From Chloroflexota bacterium (lineage in GTDB: Bacteria > Chloroflexota > UBA11872): a stretch of DNA of 64,000 nucleotides. A program made the position numbers and the translations under genes. The notes beneath the pieces were generated by a model. That model was not told the origin of the DNA. It did not search any database and saw only the letters and a program-made list of their open reading frames with translations. Positions 10,150-21,397 of the stretch are shown here, piece by piece. The stretch spans positions 64,532 through 128,531 of the forward strand of contig JAPPKM010000097.1 in assembly GCA_028874315.1 (NCBI GenBank), read 5' to 3'. Numbering within the stretch: position 1 is the stretch's first letter; every line of letters starts with the position of its first letter.

Positions 10150-10944
10150 ATGGCACACGATGATCCGCAAGCCCGGCGAACCTTCGTGTTGCGGCTATCG
10201 CCCTGCGTGATCCCTCGCCTCCTGCCGACGGCAAAACGCCGAATGCGAACCCGCTGGCTCACTCCACTGGTTGCCCTTGTCTTGGCATTCGTCGCGACCG
10301 GCGTCGTATCTGCCGTCGCGTACGACGGTGAGGAAGTTTGTCGCGACGTCAAGGCTTGGCCTGGCGGCTCCTATCTCGGCCAAATGCACCCGCACCACGT
10401 CGCCGTCTACACGGCACACGCGCGGTCAACAAACTCTGATCGTTGCGAACTGTGGGCGCTGGACCTTCGGTACTCGGCGGTGCGTGGATTGCGTGACCTT
10501 GGATACACCGTGTTTGGTCCAGGCGAGTTTGCGTGGCCCGTCGTGCCCGAACTTCCGCCGCTCGTCGAGATTCCGCCGGACATGCTGTCGTATCGCGAGA
10601 CATCCGGCCGGGACGCGGCGTGGGCCACGCTGGACTTGGTGCGCGGCATCCACGCGATCGACTATACGTTTGACGGATGGATGTTTGGACCCGTTCACAT
10701 TGAAGTCGTAGGACCGGCAGGCGCGGTGCACCTGCGGCACGACGACACGGTGCCGTATCGGGGTGTGCTGATGGTGCCAGCGCCGCAGACGGGGACCTAC
10801 ACGTTCCTGGTCGAGGCCAAGGGCCAATGGAAGCTCGAAACCGGAGAGCGACCCGAAGTGAAGACTCGGACGGTCGTACGCAAGGCCGACTTTTCGGTAC
10901 AGGCCTGTGAGGCGTTTCTGAATGACTACTACAACAGCGGCTAA
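10150..10944 (+). CDS. Hypothetical membrane-anchored or secreted protein
   Basis: GAGGAG RBS 7 nt upstream of the ATG; N-terminal TM 'WLTPLVALVLAFVATGVVSAVA'; no recognisable domain. Confidence 0.45.
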   Translation: MAHDDPQARRTFVLRLSPCVIPRLLPTAKRRMRTRWLTPLVALVLAFVATGVVSAVAYDGEEVCRDVKAWPGGSYLGQMHPHHVAVYTAHARSTNSDRCELWALDLRYSAVRGLRDLGYTVFGPGEFAWPVVPELPPLVEIPPDMLSYRETSGRDAAWATLDLVRGIHAIDYTFDGWMFGPVHIEVVGPAGAVHLRHDDTVPYRGVLMVPAPQTGTYTFLVEAKGQWKLETGERPEVKTRTVVRKADFSVQACEAFLNDYYNSG

Positions 10945-12077
10945 CAGGCACAGCGGGCCTTGGCTCAGCACGCTCCCTGCAACTTGCGCGCGGCGCACCT
11001 ACATCCAGGCGGCGACACCTGAGGTTGCAACCGCCTCCCAGACGGGCGCACGTTCAAGTGATCCGATTGGAATTCGGTAAATGCGGTCTCGCTAGGCCGC
11101 CGACCTTAGGCCACGTAGGTCCTGCTCGAGGCCTAGGGTGCGGCCGGCGGACACCAGCCGCAGGTTTGCTGTCCGTTCCGCTTGGTTTATCAGCTCGCGG
11201 AACGGGTCTCGTACGTCTTGTCGCTAGGCGGACACCACGCTCACACCATCGAGTTGTCCGACAAAGAGCACGCAGGGCCGGCCGCCGGCACATTTGCCGT
11301 GCGTGACCGCGGGTGAGGGCGGTACGCCAGGGCGCTGGCCGGTCGCCTGCGCCGAAGGACCTCGTCTGGGATCCGAGCCAGGTGGACGGCCACGTACGGA
11401 TTATCTCGGCTGGCCAGCCGCGTCAGCATCGGCACGGCGGCGCACTTGGTTTCGCTGCCGGCCAAGCCTTGCAGCATCACGTGACGCCGAAGTTTCAGAA
11501 GAGCGTGTATCACCTATTCGGCGCTGTGCACGTGCGACGCGTGATCGTGTGGCCTGCTCAATTGAAACGGCCGACCATCGTTCGCATGGCGTTCGTGAGC
11601 GCCAACCTCAGCCGGGCACCCGTCGGAGCGGTCGTTGCTCGTCCGGCAACTGGTGACGTCGCCCCGGCTGATCGGCGTCTGCCAGCGACCCGCTGCTGGT
11701 CGGCAGCTGAGTCTGCACCCACGCACGCTTCGATTCGCGCCGGTTCAGTTACATTCGAGATTGAGGCCTAACTGTCCCTGCGGGCAGCCAGGCCGATCCA
11801 GCCCCTGGGGCAACGCGGAACTCGCGTTGTGTCTCGCGCTCAGTCGCGGACAGCCCCGGTTCGACATTGACCGCGGGTCACCGCATTGGCGGCCTGCGGT
11901 CGCGGCGATCCGGCCGAGAGCGAGATGCCATTGGCGAGAATGACTCGCCGATCGGGACCGTGGCCGATCGATTCCAGTTCTAGGTGGACCTATGCCGAAA
12001 CATGGGTCGACTCGACTGGACGATTGCCGGATCACCCCCTGCCCTAAGTTGAGCTGAACCGTAATCCCAAACTCTAT

Positions 12078-12150
12078 TAATGTCACCGTTCTGTTACTGA
12101 CCGGTTCGTACGATTCGGGCGGCAGTTGGTCGCCTTGCCTTTGCGCGGAG
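12078..12150 (+). promoter_or_regulatory. Conserved ~70-nt motif (copy 2), ~200 nt upstream of the P450 gene
   Basis: 'TCTGTTACTGACCGGTTCG...GGCGGCAGTTGGTCGCCTTGCCTTTGCGCGG' aligns with copy 1. Confidence 0.4.
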
Positions 12151-12336
12151 CGTACGTGGCGCCCGGAATGAAGCCACAGCTCAATCCCTAAGCTGCGCGT
12201 TTCGCGCAAGGGCAAGGCGATCGACGGCCAGGTCTCGCAGAAGTCGGGTGGCCTGTGCGGACTCGAGACGTCGACTTGCCTGCTAAGGGCGTTGTAGCCC
12301 GCGGCCCGCGCCCGGATCGCCGACTGGAGCTTCCGC

Positions 12337-13551
12337 ATGGTTGATCGCGTGCTACGTCCGGTGGTGATTGAGGCGCTGCTGACCTGGGAGCAGATCCGAT
12401 CCGGAGTGCGCTACAACCCCACAGCGCCCGCCGTGCAGCAAGACCCCTATCCGCTGTACGACCGCCTGCGTCGCAAAGACCCCATTCACTGGTCCGAGCT
12501 GACCCGTGGCTGGATGGTGAGCCGGTACGCAGATGCCGACCGGGTGCTCCGCGACCATCGGACCTTCGGCAACGCGGGCCGCGAGTATGGTTACACGCCG
12601 TACGTGTCCCTGCTCGACATGGACCCGCCCGACCACACGCGGCTGCGGGCCTTGGTGAGTCAGGCGTTCACCCCTCGGGTCGTCGCCCGGCTGGCCCCGC
12701 AGATTCGTCGGACCTGCCACGACCTGTTGGACCGGGTGGACCCGGCCCGCTTCGACCTGATCCGGGGGCTTGCCTTCCCCCTGCCCGTCATCGTGATTGC
12801 CGATCTGCTGGGTGTACCAGCGCACCACCAGGACCAATTCGAGGTATGGTCGCGCGAGGCCGCCCGTAGCGTCGAGCCGGCCCTGAGCGGCGTACAGGTG
12901 GCGCGCGTCCGCACGGCCTTCGACGAGCTGCGGACCTACCTGGGGGACCTCATCACCCACTACCGCCAGCACCCACGCGACAACCTGCTGAGCGGGTTGG
13001 TGGAGGCCGAGGCAGGCGGCGATCGGCTGACGTCGGAGGACGTGCTGATGACGGCCCTACTCCTGCTGGTAGCTGGCCACGAGACCACCCGTAACCTGCT
13101 AGGCAACGGGGTGCTGGCGCTGCTTCGCTACCCCATGCAGTTGCACCGGCTGCGTAAGGAGCCCGGCCTACGGGAGTCGGCCGTCCACGAAATGCTTCGA
13201 TTCGACGCCCCGGTCCAACTGGACGGGCGAATCGCCCGGCGGAACACCTTGGTCGACGGTCAACCGATCGCAGAGGGCCAGCGAGTGGTAGTTCTTATCG
13301 GCGCGGCCAACCGTGACCCAGACGCATTTGACCGGCCCAACGTGTTCGATGTCGGCCGGGCCGACCGCAGGCATCTGGCGTTCGGTCGGGGCATTCACTA
13401 CTGCCTCGGCTCGCCCCTGGCCCTGCTGGAGGGCCGGTTGGCCGTCACGGCCCTGCTGGACCGATTCCCAACTCTAAGGCTTCTGGAAGAGCCGACCTAC
13501 CTGGATACCGTGGTGCTGCGCGGCGTGCGCTCACTCTGGGTTGGCCGGTAG
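12337..13551 (+). CDS. Cytochrome P450 monooxygenase
   Basis: Heme-binding loop 'FGRGIHYCLGSPLA'; 'AGHETT' I-helix; 'EMLRFDAPV' ExxR/PERF region. Confidence 0.9.
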   Translation: MVDRVLRPVVIEALLTWEQIRSGVRYNPTAPAVQQDPYPLYDRLRRKDPIHWSELTRGWMVSRYADADRVLRDHRTFGNAGREYGYTPYVSLLDMDPPDHTRLRALVSQAFTPRVVARLAPQIRRTCHDLLDRVDPARFDLIRGLAFPLPVIVIADLLGVPAHHQDQFEVWSREAARSVEPALSGVQVARVRTAFDELRTYLGDLITHYRQHPRDNLLSGLVEAEAGGDRLTSEDVLMTALLLLVAGHETTRNLLGNGVLALLRYPMQLHRLRKEPGLRESAVHEMLRFDAPVQLDGRIARRNTLVDGQPIAEGQRVVVLIGAANRDPDAFDRPNVFDVGRADRRHLAFGRGIHYCLGSPLALLEGRLAVTALLDRFPTLRLLEEPTYLDTVVLRGVRSLWVGR

Positions 13552-14145
13552 GAGCCGATCGCGGGTCGGTCGCCACGAACGGTTCTCGCGACCGTGTCCA
13601 TCACCCTGGAAGCAGCGGCCGTGGGCGATTCCGCAGATCTCGTGACGCGGTCGGACGTGACTCAGGATCCTCGTCCCCATCCGTTCTCCACCTGAGAGCG
13701 GTGGACGGCGGGGAGTATCGGCCATGCGTATCGGCACGTCTGGACGGAGCGTCAATGTGCCGTCCCTGCTGCCGATGTCGGCGCCTGATCGGATGTTCCC
13801 GTTTTGGGGCCAGCTAAACCTGTAGATCGGCCTGGGCCGCGCCGTTTTTCCCGATGCCATTGTAGGCGCCGGGCTAGCGTCGATCCTAAGGATTCCGTCC
13901 GATTCGTCCGGCTCACAGCCATCATCTGGGCCCCGATTGCTCCTCCACAGTCCGGACCCACTCGCGCCGCGAGTCCACTGGCCAGGTTCGAATTGAGTTA
14001 CGTCGCTGGGAGCGCGTATGCGAAGCCTGCGCTTCCTAGCGTGGATTCCGATCTGTCGGACGTCTACGGCGAGTCTTGCCTGGCGATCTCCGATTCTTAA
14101 CTATGACGCTGCGCTCGTTCGGCAGCTGTCTACCCGGGAGGAAAG

Positions 14146-14661
14146 ATGCTGCGAGTCGACGACCCGTTCGATCAGAAGTACATCGACTCCGAGTTCGGCC
14201 AGCGATGTCTCGCGGCTGGGACGCATTGCACGGACTGTGTCAGGGAAGAGGACAGAGCGATCTGGGGGGTTAGCGATGCGCCCTCTTCTTCAGCACATCC
14301 GGGCCTAGCGGCGAACAAATTCATGAGGGCTCACGAGATCTACAAGGAGCTTGGACTAGCTAGCCCAGCCGAGTTGATCGGCGTCAGCATTTTGAAGGAG
14401 CTCTCTGCTAAGGCACCAGCCAAGACTCGCGATGCACTGTGGTACGAGGCTCACGGGAGCACGAGTGGCAACCCCGTATGTATCAGACCGTGCATGTGGC
14501 AGGCCGGACAGGATGTGCTCGAGATCGCCGCCATTGAATCTCTGCTCGTACGGAACGAACTCGGAATCTCCGCCGAAATGCAGTCTAGTCTCCGAGCAAG
14601 GGTCTCAGAGCTTGACGGATCTGCTGCGCCGGCGGATCAGGACTTTCATAAGAGGGATTAG
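14146..14661 (+). CDS. Hypothetical protein (lower GC than neighbours)
   Basis: Open frame with protein-like composition at the left edge of the AbiE-containing segment; no domain recognised. Confidence 0.3.
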   Translation: MLRVDDPFDQKYIDSEFGQRCLAAGTHCTDCVREEDRAIWGVSDAPSSSAHPGLAANKFMRAHEIYKELGLASPAELIGVSILKELSAKAPAKTRDALWYEAHGSTSGNPVCIRPCMWQAGQDVLEIAAIESLLVRNELGISAEMQSSLRARVSELDGSAAPADQDFHKRD

Positions 14662-14855
14662 CTCTACCAGCTCCGAGAGTTCCGTCTACAACTGCACCTT
14701 CGCTGATCGGAGGCATTGTCGCGGTGGGCTGCGGCGCCGATGGTCTCCGACTGCGACTCCAACGCGATCCGTTCTCGGCCCGACTGCGACGTGAGCTAGT
14801 CATTCGACTCGCAGTACGTCGAGCGCGATGACACCACGACAGCCTGGCCTTGCAA

Positions 14856-15506
14856 ATGTCGGTACTTATTGACATCTTCCGACATATCCTCGAATCTTGG
14901 CGTATGAGATCCGAACGCCGAACCCTGGTTCTCGACCTAGTCCAGCGAGCCGGAATGGCCCGTCCGCGCGACCTCGAGGCTCATGGGATCCCTGGCCGGT
15001 ATCTCGGTCAACTCGCGCGCGAGGGACTACTCGAAAAGGTCGGTCGAGGTCTTTACGCCCCTGCTGACGCCGCCGTAAGCGAGCACCGCTCTCTGGCCGA
15101 AGTTGCGAAGCGCACACCTCGGGGAGTGATCTGCCTGCTCTCCGCGCTGAGTTTCCACGGCCTGACGACGCAGTCTCCGTTTGAAGTCTGGCTGGCGATT
15201 GGTCCAAAGGACCGGGCACCACGGCCAGCCGGCGTCGGTCTGCGGGTCGTGCGCTTCTCGGGAAAGGCGCGAGACGCCGGGATTCAGACGGCGGTTATCG
15301 ACGGGGTGTCGGTGCGCGTGTACGGGCCGGCAAAGACCGTGGCGGACTGCTTCAAGTTCCGGAGCAAAGTGGGAGTAGACGTCGCCATCGAAGCCCTCCG
15401 TGACTGCGTGGCCCAGAAGCTCAGCTCTGCGGATGAGCTTGCCGCGTATGCGCGCATCTGTCGCGTGGCGCAGGTAATGCAGCCATATATGGAAGCAATC
15501 CTGTGA
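14856..15506 (+). CDS. AbiEi-family antitoxin / transcriptional regulator (type IV TA system)
   Basis: N-terminal wHTH 'LVLDLVQRAGMARPRDLEAHGI'; C-terminal 'VYGPAKTVADCFKFRSKVGVDVAIEALRD' typical of AbiEi_4; 4-nt overlap with the downstream AbiEii gene. Confidence 0.75.
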   Translation: MSVLIDIFRHILESWRMRSERRTLVLDLVQRAGMARPRDLEAHGIPGRYLGQLAREGLLEKVGRGLYAPADAAVSEHRSLAEVAKRTPRGVICLLSALSFHGLTTQSPFEVWLAIGPKDRAPRPAGVGLRVVRFSGKARDAGIQTAVIDGVSVRVYGPAKTVADCFKFRSKVGVDVAIEALRDCVAQKLSSADELAAYARICRVAQVMQPYMEAIL

Positions 15507-16423
15507 CACGTCGGCGTCCGCGGAACATCGCCGCGTCAGTCCGGCAGCGCCTATTGAATCGCGCGCGTGACGAGGGGGAGGACTTCAACTACGTCCTTAC
15601 TCGCTACGCGAACGAGCGCCTGCTGTACCGGCTCGGTGAGTCTGGCTTTCGTGACCAGTTTGTGCTCAAGGGGGCGGTCCTTTTCGAGCTGTGGTCAGCG
15701 TCGCCTCACCGAGCAACTCGCGATGTGGATCTGCTCGGTTTTGGGGAGCCGGCAGAGGAGGCTGTGCAGTCCGTCATTCGGACACTTTGCGCAATGGATG
15801 TGCCCCCAGATGGCCTTTGTTTCCAGGTTGGGTCGGTGCGGACCGAGCCGATTCGTGATCGGCAGGCGGCCATTGGGATCCGCGTTCGGCTCACAGCCAA
15901 CCTCGACGGTGCACGGATCAGCCTTCAGGTAGATATCGGCTTTGACGATGTAGTGACGCCAGGCGTCGTACAAGCCGACTTCCCGACGCTTCTCGACTTC
16001 CCAGCCCCTCGGTTGCAGGCGTATCCGCGCGAAACGGTCGTGGCGGAGAAGTTTGAGGCGCTGGTGCGACTAGGCATTGCCAACACTCGAATGAAGGATT
16101 TCTACGACCTCTGGTTCATGGCAACGATGTTTGCTTTTCGGGGTAACACGTTGGCCATGGCGATGGCGGCCACGTTTGATTGTCGCGGGACGCCGCTGCC
16201 TCTCGAAGTCCCGGTGGGTCTGAGCTCGGAGTTCAGCGCCGACGCTGGAAAGCAGGCGCAGTGGATGGCGTTTGGGAGACGCTCGGGCTTGCAGACCTTG
16301 CCCACGCTGGACGTTGTCGCGGCGATGCTCCGGCGTTTTCTGCTCTTCCCCGTTTCAGTTGCCCTTAAGGGCGACAAAACCGAACGAGATTGGCCCGCTG
16401 GCGGCGATTGGAGCGACGCCTAA
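15503..16423 (+). CDS. AbiEii/AbiGii-family nucleotidyltransferase toxin (DUF1814)
   Basis: 'FVLKGAVLF...RATRDVDLLGF' NTase motif and 'AEKFEALVRLG' block; operonic with AbiEi. Confidence 0.8.
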   Translation: MTRRRPRNIAASVRQRLLNRARDEGEDFNYVLTRYANERLLYRLGESGFRDQFVLKGAVLFELWSASPHRATRDVDLLGFGEPAEEAVQSVIRTLCAMDVPPDGLCFQVGSVRTEPIRDRQAAIGIRVRLTANLDGARISLQVDIGFDDVVTPGVVQADFPTLLDFPAPRLQAYPRETVVAEKFEALVRLGIANTRMKDFYDLWFMATMFAFRGNTLAMAMAATFDCRGTPLPLEVPVGLSSEFSADAGKQAQWMAFGRRSGLQTLPTLDVVAAMLRRFLLFPVSVALKGDKTERDWPAGGDWSDA

Positions 16424-17177
16424 CGCTCACGAGGCCGTTGGTATCGAAAGCGGAACCGCTTCACCGTTCTGAGACTCCGAGGGACCAATTCCAGGTCCCT
16501 GTCGCCTGGCGAGCGCTCTCCGGACTTCGCAGCGGTCCCCTGTTCTAAATGCGGTGCCTAGAGACAGGCATTCCTACGACAGCGGCGCGACCAATCGTGC
16601 TCGCGGGGTGCGCCGAACGTCACTGGTCGTCACTCCGATCTGTTACCGGACTGCTCGGTCAATCGGACCCACTCGTTCTCTTCTCGCAGGCGGACGACTG
16701 CAATTTCGGTCCTTGAGTGGTGACACCCAGCACTCAGGTTCTCTCTGATACCGAGGCGACAACCACGACTGCGCGAGCGACCGTGCGGCCAATCACCTGC
16801 CCCTGGCGCCGGGCTAACGGTTACAACGCCCCCACGTTTACAGAAACCTGGATAGGCGATCGAGCCCGTCGCGGCCAGACTTGCTCTGTCGCGCACCCGC
16901 GCAACGCAGAATCGACGCGGGCCGCGACAGGAATTGATTCGACGTGACGACGGGAGGTCGTCTGCGTCGCGAGTGATCGGTCGACGACGCGCTGGGAGGT
17001 CGCAATCGTCGTCCGTTGGCGAATGTCCGAGCGACGGGAGGTCGCTCCGGGGCTTCAGTTTCATTGTCGGCGGAATGCGCCGCCGGCGGGTATGCCACCA
17101 CATGGTGGTTCGCGGCCCGCCGGCGACGCCACGCGGCGGGCTTTAGCTGTCCTGGGAAGGACGGAAGGAGGAGCGTC

Positions 17178-17825
17178 GTGGTTTCAGGATGTTGGCGTTG
17201 GCTGTCGGAGGCCGCGCAACGCGTGGGTCAGCGCGGCCCGCGGCCGGCGCCGCCCGTGGCGCGGACGGCCGGCGGTGCCGCACCCCATGTGATGGGTCAA
17301 CCCCGCCAGACTCGGGCCGTGGCCGCTCGCCAGGTCCCCTACGGCGAGCGACCGGCGCGCAACCGGCAGTTGACGCTGCTGGCGGAGCTCTTGGGGACGG
17401 ACTGGCGGCAGGCGGTGCCGGCCCGCTTCGGCGTCGCGATTGGTGATATCAATCGTCGCCAGGCCGCGGCTGCAATTCGCCAGCTGACCGGTGGGGTCCG
17501 GCCTCCGCATGTGGCGCGCGGCACCTGGCACCGGGTGGCGGTGGACCCCGACTGGATCGAACGCCCGCGCGGCTCGCGGCGTCACGCCGCGACGCCGGGC
17601 CCAGAAAGCACGGCGGTCGGCCACGCGGCCGGCGAGCCGCCGCTGCCCATCCAGCTCAAGGCCCTGCGGCTGCTGGGCGAACGGGTCGGGCTGGACGTGG
17701 TCGCCGCCGCACCGGCGCGCTACGGCTGCGACCTGGGTCGGCTGGACCGCCGGACGGCGGCGGCCTGGATCGCCGAGCTGACGCCGCAGGTGCTGGGGAC
17801 GCCGGCGCGAGCTACGCAGAACTGA
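17178..17825 (+). CDS. Hypothetical protein with two tandem copies of a ~45-aa helical repeat
   Basis: GGAAGGAGG RBS before a GTG start; the repeat 'RNRQLTLLAELLGTDWRQAVPARFGVAIGDINRRQAAAAIRQLT' recurs as 'IQLKALRLLGERVGLDVVAAAPARYGCDLGRLDRRTAAAWIAELT'. Confidence 0.4.
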   Translation: MVSGCWRWLSEAAQRVGQRGPRPAPPVARTAGGAAPHVMGQPRQTRAVAARQVPYGERPARNRQLTLLAELLGTDWRQAVPARFGVAIGDINRRQAAAAIRQLTGGVRPPHVARGTWHRVAVDPDWIERPRGSRRHAATPGPESTAVGHAAGEPPLPIQLKALRLLGERVGLDVVAAAPARYGCDLGRLDRRTAAAWIAELTPQVLGTPARATQN

Positions 17826-17940
17826 TCGAGCCAATGTGATAGGCCCCGTGAGGGGCCGGCGCCCGCATGGGTGGTGCCGGCCCCCGGAGGGCCGGGCCCA
17901 TGCGGGCGTGTCATGACCAGACCGGACGGGAGGACCCCCG

Positions 17941-19544
17941 ATGGCACGCCGATGGGTTGCAAGTCCATGGGAGATTGAGACCGAGCTTCGCGATGGGAAG
18001 ACCACATCGCCGCTGGTGCCCTGGGCGGCCGGGCAGCCGCTGCCCGGGCAGGCCCGGCGACGGGAGGGCGCGGCGCCGTGTGTGATCCCACTCGCCGAAG
18101 CCGTGGTCGCCGCGCTGCGCGGCGACGTATTGGAGGCCCGCACCGGCGGCGACGCGTCGACCGGGCTGTGGGTGCGGCGGCGGCCGCGGCGCCATACGCG
18201 CGGCGAGCGGGTGCTGCGCTTCGCCTGGCCGCGCCTTGAGGGGCTGCGCCGGCTGGATGCCGACCTGGGATTGGTGCTGCTGCTCGAGGCGGTGGCGGAG
18301 CGCCAGCGGGCCACCGATCTGCTGGACGCCTGGCAGGCGCTGCTCGAGGCCTGGGAAGGGGCCGAGCGCGAGCTGGATCACACGCTGGCGGTCCCGTTGG
18401 CGCGGGCGGCGGACGAGCTGTGGTACTGGCTGATCTACCAGGACGCGGAGCCGCTGCCGGGCCGCGAGCGGCGGCAGACGCTGGAGGTCGAGTCGACCTG
18501 CACGGCCACGCCGGATCCAGCGTCCGACGACCTGGCGCCGCTGCTCACGGACGTGGACGCGCTGGCGGTGTACCGGGACACCGGGCTGGTGGTGCCCAGC
18601 CGGCTGCCGGAGGCGCTGACGCGGCGGGTCGAGGGGGCAACGTTTCAGGGGGCCCAGCTGGGCCAGCTGGTCCTCGCGATGGAGCGCGGCCTGCACGCCA
18701 TGCTGGTGGGCCCGCGGGGGACCGGCAAGTCGCTCTGCGCGACCGAGGCGTCCCGCTATGCCACCGGGAGCTCCGGACGGTCGAAGGCCATGAGGCTATG
18801 CAGCCGGTGGACCTCTTGGGCGGCTATGTGCCGGATCAGGCCACGGCGGTCGACCCGTTCGCACTGCAGGCGGAGCTGGCCTGTCGCCTGGCGGTGGGCG
18901 ATGACCTCGAGGCCGTGGGCGCGTCGGCGCGGTACACGTGGGCCGACGGGCCGCTGACGCAGGCGATGCGGCAGGGCCAGGTGCTCTTCGTGGACGAAGC
19001 CAACCGGATGCCCGGCAAGACCCTGAACGTGCTGCTAGGCGCGATCTCGCGGCGGGCGGTGGTGCTGACCGAACACGGCTCGCGCGAGGTGCAGGCGACC
19101 GCGGGCTTCATGGTGGTCATGGCCATGAACCAGGGACAGGGCTACCTGGTCAACCCGATCGACGCGGCGCTGGCGGACCGCTTTCCGATGACGCTGGAGT
19201 TCGATTACCTGGAGCCGAAGGCCGAGGCCCGGCTGGTGCGCCAGCGCACGGGGGGCCCGGCCACGGTGGCGACCTGGATGGCCCGGGTGGCCCAGGAGAC
19301 GCGGTCGCTGCGGCGCACGCGGCAACTGCCGGCGGACATGTCGCCGCGCGGGCTGTTGGCCTGGGGCGCCCTGGTCACGGAGCCGTTGCAGGGGGCCGGG
19401 GATCCGGGACGGATCCTGGCCGACGCGGCGCTGCTGACGTGGCTACCCGGGGTGGCCGGCCGCGATTCGGACGGCCGCGTCAACGCCGAGACCCGCGACC
19501 TGCTGCTGCAGATGGTGGCCAACCACCGACCGGCGGGCGTCTGA
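17941..19544 (+). CDS. MoxR-type AAA+ ATPase with ~250-aa N-terminal extension; apparent frameshift at about 18760-18790
   Basis: Walker A 'MLVGPRGTGKSL' in frame 1. The protein continues in frame 3 with 'VLFVDEANRMPGKTLNVLLGAI...VMAMNQGQGYLVNPIDAALADRF' (Walker B, sensor and arginine finger of the MoxR/AAA_5 family). Confidence 0.6.
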
Positions 19545-19627
19545 CGAGCCTACTTACGTACCCAACCCCTGAGGCCCGCGCGGGCACCCCGCGGCGGGCC
19601 TCGACCATTTCTCACGGAGGACGACCA

Positions 19628-21151
19628 ATGACGGTGCAGTGGTGGCAGTGGCCGAGCGTCGAGCGGCAGCTGGTGACGTTCGCGAAATCGTTTCTGGGAC
19701 CCCATGCCTTCGCGGTGGCGCTGACGGTGGATCCGCGCATCTGCCGGGTCGGCGTCTGCGACTTCGAGCGGCGCGAGATCGCGGTGAATCCGACGGCCAT
19801 TGCCGGCCCGCCGCGGCAGCAGTACCTGATCACCCGGGGCCTGCTGGTGCACGAGGTGGGCCACGCCCGCTACACGACGCCCCGGGCCGAGGCCGCCCCG
19901 GTCGTGCACCAGGTGGCCAACTGCCTGGAGGACGAGCGGATCGAGCGGATCATGGGCGGGCAGTTCTGGTCGGTGCGCGGGGCATTGACGGCCGTGTGTC
20001 GGGCCTCGTACGCCGCCGTCGGCCCGCTGGGCCAGCCGCGGGGCGACTTGCAGGACCCCGACGATCCACGCTGGGTGGTGATCGCCGCGTTGCACTGGCG
20101 CTGGGCGCAGCGGCTGGACGAGCCGTTGAAGGGCGACCTGTCGCCGCGGAATCGACGGCTGTGGCGCCGGGTGCGGCCGCTGGTGGAGCGCGCATGGGTG
20201 GCCCCGGACACCGGGCGGGTGTACGACCTGGCGGAGGAGATCGTGCGGATCCTTGGTCTGGTGCAGGCGATGCCCGAGCCCCCGTTGGTCCTGGTCGCGC
20301 CCGGCCGAGGCACCCGATCGGACGCCGCCGAACCGCGGCCGGGCGGTGCCGCCGCGTGGCAGGGGCCGGGCGAGCCGCAGGCCGGCGAGGATGATCTGCC
20401 GGCAGGTCTGGTGGGCACGGGTGACTACGCCCAGTGGACCATGGCGCCGCCGGGACCCCTGCTGCGGGCGGCGGAGCCGCTGGCCGGCGAACTGGTGGCG
20501 CGGCTCAGGCTGCCGGAGGTGGCGCGGACGCCGGACTGGTCGGATCGGTACGGCCGGCTGAGCGTGCGGGCGGCGATCCGCAGCCAGGACGCCACCCCGT
20601 TCGTGGTCGCGGCCGAGCCGGAGCCGGATCCCACGGCGGTGGCGGTGGGCGTGTTGCTCGACCGGTCCGGCTCGATGCAGGGGGCGGCGATGGAGGCGGC
20701 GCGTCTGGCGACGGCCACGCTGCACCTGGCCTGTGCCGAGCTGGGTATCTGGCATGCGGTGACGGCCTTCGAGGGCGCCATGCCGATGGTGCGCGACGAC
20801 GAGGTCTCGGAGCAGACGCTCGCCCGCCTGGCCGGGCTGCAGGCCACCTCGGGGACCCGGATCGGCCCGTCCTACGAGGCGCTGCTGACGCAGCTGGGCC
20901 CGCGGCCGGAGGTCCTGAAGGTGCTGGTCCTGATCCATGACGGCGAGCCCGAGGATGGAAGCAAAGTCCGCCAGCTGAATGCCGACGCGGCCGACGCGCG
21001 GATCGAGGTACTGGGCTTGGGCGTGGCGCTGGAGGCCAAGAACCGGGCGGCGATGCGCGAGCTATTTGCCGGCCGCTTCATCGACTGCCCGACGCCGGCG
21101 GCGCTGGCGCCCCTGCTGGCCGGGGTGGTGAACACCTTCCGACAGACCTGA
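19628..21151 (+). CDS. VWA-domain protein with N-terminal HExxH metallopeptidase-like domain (NorD/CbbO-like partner of the MoxR ATPase)
   Basis: GGAGGA RBS before the ATG at 19628; 'LLVHEVGHARY' HExxH motif; C-terminal VWA with MIDAS 'LDRSGSM...T....IHDGEPEDG'. Confidence 0.7.
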   Translation: MTVQWWQWPSVERQLVTFAKSFLGPHAFAVALTVDPRICRVGVCDFERREIAVNPTAIAGPPRQQYLITRGLLVHEVGHARYTTPRAEAAPVVHQVANCLEDERIERIMGGQFWSVRGALTAVCRASYAAVGPLGQPRGDLQDPDDPRWVVIAALHWRWAQRLDEPLKGDLSPRNRRLWRRVRPLVERAWVAPDTGRVYDLAEEIVRILGLVQAMPEPPLVLVAPGRGTRSDAAEPRPGGAAAWQGPGEPQAGEDDLPAGLVGTGDYAQWTMAPPGPLLRAAEPLAGELVARLRLPEVARTPDWSDRYGRLSVRAAIRSQDATPFVVAAEPEPDPTAVAVGVLLDRSGSMQGAAMEAARLATATLHLACAELGIWHAVTAFEGAMPMVRDDEVSEQTLARLAGLQATSGTRIGPSYEALLTQLGPRPEVLKVLVLIHDGEPEDGSKVRQLNADAADARIEVLGLGVALEAKNRAAMRELFAGRFIDCPTPAALAPLLAGVVNTFRQT

Positions 21152-21397
21152 GGGCACGTCGGGTGGGCGCGGTCTGGACGCGAGCCGGGCGTTGCAGCCG
21201 ATGACCGGCGGCCGTATCGACCGAAGCCGCGACCGAGCGCGTGCCCGCCCGCTATGGCCGCGACGCACGGGCGCGGCGATAGCGACCGATGGAATTCGAC
21301 GCGCACCGGGGCGTTCCCGCGATGTCGCGGCGTCATGGCGACGCCCGGGATCAGGGAGCGCCCCGGACCTGCGCACGCAACTCTGACGGAGGCTGAC

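Noticed and set aside
13560-14100. tRNA-like 'GGTTCGAATT' T-loop-like string near 13990
   Set aside because: I could not construct flanking stems or an acceptor from the sequence. It is probably a chance match.
18938-19627. N-terminal extension of the VWA protein ORF back to 18938
   Set aside because: It overlaps the MoxR ATPase C-terminus in another frame. A GGAGGA RBS precedes the ATG at 19628.
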